Shown here: piece by piece, positions 53,528-64,000 of the stretch
Position numbering within the stretch: the first letter of the stretch is position 1
Layout of the letters: every line of letters starts with the position of its first letter
NCBI RefSeq assembly: GCF_009914755.1
Contig: NC_060932.1
Strand: one strand, 5' to 3'
DNA from: the human T2T-CHM13v2.0 reference genome, Homo sapiens
DNA length: 64,000 nucleotides
Translations under genes and position numbers: made by a program
Notes under the pieces: generated by a model
Database searches by the model: none
Seen by the model: the letters and a program-made list of their open reading frames with translations, nothing else
What the model was told of the DNA's origin: nothing

Positions 53528-56013
53528 ATGCCCAAACTGTTAGTGAAAACAAAAAAGAAACATAAAATTAACACAGTAAGATACAGGAACTTGGGAGAAA
53601 CATGAAATTAACTAACTGCATGATTTAAAAAACACTAACATAATCCAAATCCAAATATAACATTAAAATATCTACAAATTGACTTAATAGTCAAAATTCA
53701 GAAGAATTTCAAGCTCAGCGACATAATGAATAAAATAATCTGAAAGCTCTTCCTGTTATACACAACTAAATCCTTCATAAAAATGCTTTTTATTATAACA
53801 CTGCATTTTCTTGGATAAAAAGTAAATCTTCTAGGGTCAGCCACATACATCACCTATAAAAAAATAAAGCTGAGTTCAAAATGGTTGGCAATAAACATGC
53901 TTAAAAGAAAGAGTTGTCTGAGGACAAAAGACTAAATAAACTCTGCCAAAATAGGAATAATCATGAGGTGAGTGCACTATGAAGGTGCAGAATTTGAGAT
54001 TTCTATATTGGGCCAGGGATCTTAAAATGGAGATAAATTGATCTGAGGTTTGTTGCACTCTTATCTTACAGGAAAATAAACAAAAATTAAAATCAGCCAT
54101 GTATGAATTCACAACCTAAGATCTGTAAGATAAGAGTTTCAAATATTAAACAATACATAGAGCAGGCCTGGGTCCCTGAGCAGAACCCAGAAGATGAGGC
54201 CTACAATTGCCCTAGTTTGGGCCAGAAGGAACTTTCTGGACAGGAAAGAGAATCATAAATAGAACACGTAGGCTCACTAAGTTAAGGAGATATACATTAT
54301 ACTTTGAGGTGGCCGAAAGGACTGGGATTTGTATGGTAGACAATCAGGAATGAGGGATATACAGATAATTAGTTCCAGAAATCGGCATTCCTGTGAATCT
54401 GTGCTACAATCTAAGCTTTGCACAGGTAAAATGTAGTTTAAAATTTCTAGAGATCATACATAATTTAGAAATATTCAATTTCCAACCAGTAAGGATAAAA
54501 ACTCCCATGTGAACATTGAGGACATTCAATAGACACTTCTCATTTTAGTAAGAGGACTAAACTAGTTCTAATGTAAAGACTATTCAGATCTACTTTAACC
54601 AAAACATAAACCAAGCATCAAAAAGATTAAGTTAATTCACTTGTAATTTAACGGACTGGGAAAACAAATTCTAAAACACTAAATCAAAACACTGGAAACA
54701 ATAAAATCTAGCATCAACAACATAAAATTAAATGCATTCACTACCTAATAAAAAAATCACATAAATCAAATAATTTTTTATTGGGTAGTGAATGTTTTGA
54801 ATATTATGTGAAGAAGCAGAAAAATATGACACATAATCAATTGAAAATTCAACAACTAGAAAGAGACCAAAAAAGACAACATTATCAGACAAGAATTAAA
54901 TAATTCCTACAAATACATTCAAAGATTTAAAGGGAAATATGAACATAATGAGAAATAAAACAGAAGATTTTTAAAAGAACTAAATGGAACTAGTAGAAAG
55001 GAAAAATACAATATCTGAAACAAAAACTTCACTTGATGGTTTTAGTAGCAGACTGAACATGGCAAAGAAAAGACCAATGAATATAAGTTAATGGCCATGG
55101 AAATAATACAAACCAAAGCATAGACAACAAAAAGGTAGAAAATTAAAACAAAAATTAAAAATTAAAAAGAAACTAAGAGATTCTGGCCTGCGGGAAAATA
55201 TAAAGCAGTTTATCATAAAATATGAGTCCAAGAAGAAAAGAGACAGAAAATATATTATAAAAAATAATAGCTAAATTTTCCAAAATCGATAATGTCTACA
55301 AAACCAGAGATTCAAAAAGCTCAGTAAAAGAAAACCTGGATAAAACAAAACAAGAAAACACATAAGGGAACATCATAATCGAATTGACAAAAAAACAGTG
55401 AATCAGAGAAAAAAATTCATTACATGAAGTGGAACAATGTAAAGATTAATCAGTAATTTTTCATCTGAAAAAAATCCAAGCCAGGACACATAAAAAACTG
55501 ACATATCTGTAGCTGAGAAAGAAAAAAAAAAGTCAAACTAGAATTTATACACAATGAAAACATCTTTATTATATGAGAGCAACATGAAAACATTTCTGAC
55601 AAACAAAAGCAGAGAGAATTTGTAATGAAAAAAAAGCTACAGGAAGTTCTTCCAGCTACAGGAAATCAACACCAGATGAAAACTTGGATCTACAAAATGA
55701 ATAGAACGCACTGAAAATTATAAGCTTATTAGTAAATATAAAAATATTTTCTTGTCTATTTAATTTTCATATTTATTTGAAAAACAAAAAAAGTAACAAT
55801 ATATTGAGATTTGTAACATACATAGAAGGAAGATGTACAATAAAATCAGCACCAATGATGGGAAGGGCAAAGGAAAATATAGCATACCATGGTAATTACA
55901 TTATACATGAAGTGATATAATTGAATTTGAAGACAGGCTGTGAAAAGGACAAAAATGCATAAAGTAAATTGTAGAGCCACCACTTAAAAATAAATAAAAC
56001 AAAAAAGGAAGAC

Positions 56014-56356
56014 TGTGTTAGTCTGTTTTCACACTGCTGATAAAGATATACCTGAAACTGGGCAATTTACAAAAGAGAGAGGTTTAATGGACTTACAGTT
56101 CCACATGGCTGGGGAGGCCTCACAATCATGGTGCAGGGTAAAATGCAAGTCTTACATGGCAGCAGACAAGAGAAGAGAGCTTGTGCAGAGAAATGCTCCT
56201 TTGAAAACCATCAGATCTCATGAAACTTATTCTCTATCACAAGAACGGTATGGGAAACACTTACCCCCATGATACAATTACTTCCCACCTAGTGCCTCCC
56301 ACAACACGTGGGAATTCAAGGTGAGATTTGGGTGGGGACACAGCCAAACCATATCA
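56014..56356 (-). mobile_element. THE1B-like solo LTR
   Basis: tgtgttagtctgttttcacactgctgataaag...gggacacagccaaaccatatca; TSD aagac / aagag. Confidence 0.93.
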
Positions 56357-56623
56357 AAGAGTAAATAAGCCAAGAGAAGAGATTAGATAGAATACTAAAA
56401 GGTGGTAAAAAATAACACTTAGACAAATGGCAAAAATAAAGATGACGGGCAAATGCAAAACAACCTAACAGTATATAAACCCAACAATATTAATATCAAT
56501 ATTAAATATAAATAACCTAAACACTCCATTCATAGACGGAGATTTTAAGATTATGTTTTTCCAAAGAAGCAAGACCCAACTATATGCTATCTATAGGAAA
56601 TATACTTTAAATATTTAAATAGA

Positions 56624-57020
56624 ATATATTAGTCTGCTTGAGCAGCCATAACAAAATACCATAGAAAGGGTGGCTTTAACAACTGAAATTTATTTTCTCA
56701 CCTTTGCAGAGTCTGGAAGTCCAAGATTAAGGTGCCAGTGTTGTTTTCTAGTGAGGTCTTCTTTAATGGCTTGCAGGCTGCTTTCTCAGCTGTGTCCTTA
56801 CTTGGCCAGTCCTCTATGCACAAAAGAAGAGAGTGAGGTCTTTGGTGTCTCTTCCACTCTTACACCACTGAACACCAGGATTAGAATTAGGTTCTCACCT
56901 TTATAGATTAATTTGACCTTAATTATCTCCTTACAGGTCCTTTCTCCAATTACAGTCACCTTGGAGGATTAGAATTTCAACATATGAATTTGAGGGAAGG
57001 GCACAATTCAGTCCATAACA
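56624..57020 (-). mobile_element. MLT1A-like MaLR solo LTR
   Basis: tattagtctgcttgagcagccataacaaaataccatag...caacatatgaatttgaggg...cacaattcagtccataaca. Confidence 0.85.
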
Positions 57021-59139
57021 CAAAGGTACATTAAGTAGAAAGTGAAAAAAATATATATTGTGCAAACAATAATCACAAGAAAGAAGGAATAGTGATAATA
57101 ATATTAGACACAGTAGTCTCCTTGCAAGAAATATTGTGAGACATAAAAAAAGGGCATCTTAATAAAAGAATCAATTCATAACAAATATAAATGTGTATGC
57201 ACATGATTACAGTTTCAAAGTAAATCAAGCAAAACTAACAGAAATGAATACAGAAACAGAAAAGACTACAATTGTAATTTTAAATTTAACAGACCTCTCT
57301 GATAATTAATAGAACAAGAAAACTGAAAATCAAAAAGTATATAGAAAACAAAAAACACTACCAACCAAATCAACATTGATAGGTATAGAACAGTACACCA
57401 CACCACAAAAGAAAACATATTCATATCAAGTGCTCTTAGAACATTTAATTGAAGAGAATATCGGTTACACTTAAAAAAATTAATAAGTTCATGGATGAAT
57501 TTATTAATCTCTTTAATAAATTTCATTAATTATTAATGAATTAAAAACATACAGAGTATGTTTTTGACCACATGGCATTACATTAAAAATCAATCACTAT
57601 TAAAAAGTTATCTGGAAAATATCCAAAGGTTTGAAAAGTAAACAATATTATTTTTAAAAACTCATGGGTTAATATAGCAATTATAAATAATATCAGAAAA
57701 TATTTTGAACTAAATGAAAAGAATAGCACAACATATCAACATTTGTAGGGTGCAGCTAAAGCACTACTGAAGTAAGTAGAGTGGAGGTAATAATAATGAT
57801 AAATAAAAACAAATAAAATAAACCATGGAGACAATTTTTAAATGTAATATAAGCATTTATAAAGATCAATACAATTGATGAAACCCTGCTAGACTGGTTC
57901 AGAAAAATAGAAAGAAGATTTACCAATATTGTGCATAAAGAGGAGACATCATTAGCGATCCTACAGACATTAAATTATAATAAGGAATTTTATTAATTAC
58001 TTTATTCCAATTTATTTGAAAACAGATCAAGTGGACACATTCATTAAAAGATGCAAGCTACCAAAATTTATTTAAGAAATACAATGTCAAAATGTAGTTA
58101 CATTGTTTAAAATTGAATTCATCACTTAAAATCTTCCTTACAGACTAAAATCTTTTAAAACAATTAGTAAATCAGCAGTATATATTCAAACTGGAAACAA
58201 ACAATATGTATTTTTAAATATTTTGACTAAGTAGGGATTGTCCTAGAATTGAAGGGTTGTTTTACAATACAAAGATCAATGTTGTTCCACAATTTAGCAA
58301 ATAAATTACGATCTAGATGATGACTATTATAGAACTTAACAAAACTGAAAATCTATTCATAATTTAAAATCAGCAAATAGAACAGTCAGGAACTTCCTCA
58401 TCCAAATAAAGGTAACTATGAAATATCTACTCCTAACCTCATTTTTTAATGGTGACAGATTAAATATTTTCACCCAAAGATTAGAAATTAGACAAGGATA
58501 TCTGTTTTTACCACTGAAATGGAAATCCAAGCCATAGCAATAAAATAAGAGAAAGAAAAGTCTTATATATTGGAAAGGAAGAGGTAAACAAACTATAGAT
58601 ATTAGCATTCAGCATTATCATGTATGTTAAAATTGCTAAGAAATCTTATAAAATAACTACTAAAACAGGTAAGGAAATTTAGCTAGGCCATGTGATAAAA
58701 GAACAAAATATGAAAATCTATTGTAGCTTTACATGCTAGCTATGAAGAACTAGAGATTATTTTTTAAAATTTCACTTAGAATAGCATCAAAAATAGTTAG
58801 GTATAAATTTAATAAAATATATGCAAGAGTGTACAATAAATGTATACATTTTTGCAAAAGGAATTAAAGAATTTAATAAATTAATACTATGTTCATGGAT
58901 TTTAATATTTAATATTGTTGGATAGCAATTATTCTCTAATTATACTATAAATCTTTATGTAATCCTAATTAAAATTCACATTAGATTTTGTTAGAAATTG
59001 ATAAACTGATACAGAATATAAAATAACTTTATAAGGAATATTTTAAAATGAAATCCCAGAAAAGATCTACCTAAAAGAGGTTATATTAAAAAAAAAGAAA
59101 GTCTCAGGGGAAAAATCATAGCTTCAATGCTTACATTTC

Positions 59140-59360
59140 ATAGATCAGCAGGGTGACTATAGTTATCATTAATCAATTGCACATTTCAAAGTAGCTAGAA
59201 GAAAATATTTCAAGTATTCCTAGCATAAAGAAAAGATAATCATTTAAGAAAATGAATATCCCAATTACCCTAATTTGATTATATGAATGTATCAAATTAT
59301 ATCACATGCACCACCAAAATATGAACAGTTATTATGCAGCAATTGAAAAAAAGAAAAAAA
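59140..59360 (+). mobile_element. L1MA-family 3' end fragment
   Basis: agggtgactatagtt...atttcaaagtagctagaag...cccaattaccctaatttgatt, ending in an A-rich tail. Confidence 0.75.
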
Positions 59361-61192
59361 TTAAGGCTCAAAATAAATGAGTTAACTATTCAGTTTAAAA
59401 CATTAGAAAAATATAGTAATTCCTTGAAGTTGAAAAAGATGTTAGTAAACATTTAATATCAACTAAAAATAAATAATAAGTGAAGAAAAGACAAATTTTC
59501 CTTACAATAAAAGTCCAATAATGGAAATAAAAACCAGCATTTGAAAAACACAACATTAATGACTGTTGCAGGCAAAAATCATTGATAGAGGTTGAAATTA
59601 GCAAATAGAAATACAATGAGATAGCATATCTGCATAGTCTCAAAGTATCTCCTTACAAGATAATTATTAATTATGAAGAGAAAAATTATAATTTTAGCGT
59701 GGATAAACCTGAGAGACATTACCTTATCCAAATGATTAAAGTTAAAAATCATCAGTAATGAGACCAATTTACATTATGTACCTCATGATGACTGAAAAGG
59801 GCAAAATATCACTTCTGTGATGTTCTTGCAAAAGGGCATAAATTTAGTCTAATACTGAGAAAGCATCAGGCAAATGCAGCACAGAGACATTCTGCAAAAT
59901 AACTGACCAGACTCTAAGAGGGAGGGAGGCTGTATCTCAAAAAAAAAAAAAAAAAAAAAACCTTACAGGGGAAAAAGTGTTGATTAAAAAAGTAAGCTGT
60001 AAAATAAGTGGTAAATTTCTAGTAAAAATATAAAGTTATAATATTTATTTAATTAAAATTAACCTTTCTCTAAATTTAACAGAGGTCAATAAGTCAACCC
60101 ATGTATTGTTTATTATCTACTATAAGAAAGAAATTAAAATAAAGAAAATGCTTTTGAAACATTGATGTATAAATCTACAATTTGGTAAATTAATTGCTAT
60201 TATTCCAGAAAATATGTTTAAAAATATTTTTGCAATTTATTATTCAGTGGAAAATTACATTATTTATTTATTATAATGGATTTACAAATAATTTAATGTA
60301 ATTAATTGTAATGTCATCTAATTCCACATCCTGCTATAAACTGTATTGTCCTACATCTAGACAGATGAAAATCTAGCCTATTTTAAACATCTCCAAAAAC
60401 AGAGACGTCTCACATTCTCTAAGAAACTACTTTGATATCCAGCCTAGAGCGCAAGATTACTTTAAAACTTTAAAAAATTCTCTAATGGCATAATTTAATT
60501 TTAAAAATACATTTATAAATGAGTTCCATAAAGGTAAAAACAAATTAAGTTTATTTCCCAAAAACCCTTTTGTCACAGTCACCCCACAACCCATAGAAAG
60601 CATTTTCAAAATTTAACTAATGTTTTGCACCTGGAAAATGCAGGCATCTATGGGGAGTAGGAGAACTCAGCTGACAGGATTTAAAATAAAGTTCTCAGTT
60701 GTGGAGGATTTTGTTGATGGAGAAAGCCGGAATCTTCTCTTTCTGGTCAGCAAAGCAAATTAGGATGGTGTTGAAATTATATCCATCTTGTCATCTCCCT
60801 GGCAGGACACCTTTTGATAGGACCTTCTGTTCCTCCCATTTCTTGGCAGATTCTTACTTTGGGATGTCTGGAAATAATGGAACTTTCAAGACTAAATAAT
60901 GGAACCTGGCAGAGCTTCTATAGTTCTTAAAGATCTAAATCATATATTTGCATCAGGTCATTTAAAGTAAATTTGAAGTACTTGAATTGAAGCTTGAAAT
61001 ACAACTGCTTAGTAACAGAATTCAATTTTGTCAACTCTCCTTGTGATTGCAATTTTATCTAGAAAACAGGACTTGCAGTATTTTAAGTGTATCATGCTGC
61101 TTTTAAAGAATGTGATACTTCACACTTCAAATAAGAAAAGATAAAATATCCAGACAGAAGATTTGGTACCCATCATTGCAACCAGATGCATG

Positions 61193-61235
61193 GTTTTTTT
61201 GTTTTTTGTTTTTTGTTTTGTTTTGTTTTGTTTTT
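61193..61235. repeat. (TTTTG)n-type simple repeat
   Basis: Directly visible. Confidence 0.85.
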
Positions 61236-61609
61236 AATGGGCAAAGGATGGGAATTTGCCTGTATGTGGTTTTGCTCCATTCCTCACAGGCCTGATCTAA
61301 GCAGGAGCTCTCACTGACTTCAAAGGGAACACTACACCTTTGACTCCAGAACAAATTCCTGTATGCAATTCCAACGGCTCAGAGCAAAACAAAAATGGGT
61401 TGGTACCTTTCAGCATCATCATGATTTATGTAAAATTCCCAAATACATGTTCTCCTAGGGCTTGGTATCTTGAAGAAAAATTTTGTTTATCCCTAGATGA
61501 GGTCTGGATTTCACGGCTAGTATTTTTCTGAGATGACAGATTTAAGTAATGTCATTTTCATAAGCACAGGGAGGACTTCATTAAAGGCTTGCTGGTGTTA
61601 GCTTTATTT

Positions 61610-61760
61610 TAGTCTCGAAAAAATATGACTAAATAAGACAATCCAAAAGCATTCTGCTGAGTGAAAGAAGGCTTACACAAAAATGTACATGTTGAATGAA
61701 TTCATTTATATGAAGCTCTAGAAAGGGTAAAACTAATCAATGCTAAAATAATAAACTAAG
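61610..61760 (+). mobile_element. L1ME-like 3' fragment
   Basis: ctgagtgaaagaaggcttacacaaaa...ttcatttatatgaagctctagaaagggtaaaactaatc. Confidence 0.55.
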
Positions 61761-61941
61761 AATTTGTAAAGCCTCTGTGTGGGAATAACATGTGCATTTG
61801 ATTTAAAATATCTTCATTTGCAAATTTACCTGAAGTAATAGCTAACACTCAAAAAGGATGTTTCTTAGCAGATAAAATTTTGTTTCTCAGATAGGCGGTA
61901 AGAAGCAAATAATTTTTAATTGAAATTTTTCCCTTTAACAT

Positions 61942-62128
61942 TTTTTATTGTGGTAGCATACACATAAAATTTACCATTATATTTATTCTAAAGTATATGA
62001 TTTGGAGGCATTAAATTCACAATTTTGTGCAAACATCACCAACATCTAGTTCTGGAACTTTTTCATTACCCCAAAGGAAAATCTCCTACCTATTAAGCAG
62101 TCACTTCCCATTTTCCTCTCCTCCCAGC
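61942..62128 (-). mobile_element. L1MB-like 3' end fragment
   Basis: ttttttattgtggta...aaatttaccatt...gtgcaaacatcacc...ctattaagcagtcacttcccatt. Confidence 0.75.
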
Positions 62129-63414
62129 ATTATTTTTAAATGTATCTTTTTTTTTCACTCACTCATTGACTACATGACTAATTTTTCAATGCCTCCTGGC
62201 ACTGGGACAGAAGAGCAGATGGAATGGTGTCCAGGACAGACTCACTAGGTCTCTCCCTTTAGATAGCTCCTTCCCTACCTTGCCCCAAGGGTATGGCAGG
62301 AAGCAGAAGGAATGGAAACACAGCTAAGAAAGAGGCTGACACTTGCAAAGAGTAGCAGTGCAACATAAAATTGCAACATTTGTTTTCTAGCAACACTTTT
62401 TAAATATAGTCTTCCTTTAGAAGGTGAATTTTAGATGTTCAGACTTTCATGAAAAGTTTTCCGTTGACTTTGAAAGAAAGGCTTTGAAGTGTTTTAACAA
62501 ATTATTTAGTGAGATTAGCAAAGGACAGGGAATTAGTAACTTTTGGTTCTATTCTTGTATACTGGTGACTTCCTGTGTGGGTTGAGGCAAATCATTTACT
62601 GTTTGCTGTGTTATTTATTGGGGTGTTCTTATTTCTCAGAATGAGTAAAACAGTTAAATCTATCTAAGCTGGAATGGACATATAGAATATGCCTTGTGAA
62701 TTTTATGCAACAAGGGTAATAACTTACTTTCTGAATGACTAAGAATCTCAAGCTTTCTCGGCATGACCTTTTTGCATGGCCTCATCGGTATCCACGCAAA
62801 TCATGTTTGACAGAGCGACATTTGACAAACACTGATCAGAATCACAAACCAAACTAGATTCTACATGTGTTTTTAATGAGGAAGAGAATGGTGACATTAT
62901 CAGGGACATTCATATGGATGTATAGAATCAACACCTTTATACATACACACCTCACAGATACATATTTTCTTCAGATTTTCCAGTTTAGTCCAAACTTCGA
63001 TGTCAAGTTCCCTTGACAAACTTTAAACATCAAAAATATTTCTTCCTCTGGGCTATTCATTCTCATATAATCTATTCATACTCTTATACAGTCATGTTCT
63101 CTAGTTTGCCTCAGTCTCTTTTCACAGCAATTTGGCAATAAACAAGAAAATTAAAATTTTAAATAAAAATTAACTTATACCTTGATTCTAAATGCTTTTG
63201 ATGTTTACCCTAAAGATATAATTTCACACACTTGTGGGGAAATAGTTTAAAATATTCCATTATAGCATATTTTAATATAGACAAAAAATAGAAATAATAC
63301 CATAGTAATCTGTACCTATCCATACAATCTACAACACATCCATACAACTGAGAAACAAATAAGGTAGACCTTATACATGCTGATGTAGAATGATCATACT
63401 CTGTTGTTACACAG

Positions 63415-63590
63415 TCCATTTATTAAATCATCAAATAACTAATGGAGTGTCTACTATATTCCAGGTACTTTTCTAAATACTGAGATACAATAGTGAAAAA
63501 AACAAAGCTCCTGTCCTCTAAGAGGTATACACAGACCATAAACAAATATGCCAGGTAGTTTAAGTGCTTTGGAGAATCATAAAGAGCTTA
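63415..63590 (-). mobile_element. L2 3' end
   Basis: catcaaatactaatggagtgtctactatattccaggtac...ctgagatacaatagtgaa...ctcctgtcctc. Confidence 0.7.
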
Positions 63591-63687
63591 AGGAAAGTCA
63601 AGAAGAAAGGTGGCAACGCATAAGCCAGGGTAAACTAGGTAAACTCTGGTAACAAACCCCAAAATCTTTTTTGTATAAAACAGAATT

Positions 63688-64000
<313 letters not shown>

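Larger units (their letters stand above)
54500..59915 (+). mobile_element. second large fragmented old L1M (L1MC/ME-like)
   Basis: ORF1/ORF2 remnants (aagacccaactatatgctatctataggaaa, gatcctacagacattaaa) and an L1MC-type 3' UTR (atcacttctgtgatgttcttgc...gacattctgcaaaataactgacc). Confidence 0.7.

Overview
This is AT-rich, CpG-poor primate genomic DNA. It is probably human or ape, given the AluY, L1PA4-like, LTR12 and THE1 elements. It looks intergenic or deep-intronic, and I can support no protein-coding gene. The listed ORFs are decayed L1 ORF2 fragments, Alu/THE1/MLT/LTR12-derived frames or chance ORFs. The window is a mosaic of interspersed repeats: MIR, L2, L3, about 13 Alu/FLAM copies, several L1 lineages, a full THE1 MaLR provirus, solo THE1/MLT1/MLT2/LTR12/ERV1 LTRs and hAT/Tigger DNA-transposon fossils. 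Many retain readable target-site duplications (TSDs). I found no new biological system. The most interesting unexplained structures are a ~236-bp dispersed local duplication pasted into an L2 tail, two fold-back or template-switch scars inside old L1s, an internally deleted L1PA13-like element, a closely spaced inverted AluJ pair, and several small candidate exons with good splice sites that might belong to lncRNAs. Repeat subfamily names come from my recall of consensus sequences and need RepeatMasker/Dfam confirmation.
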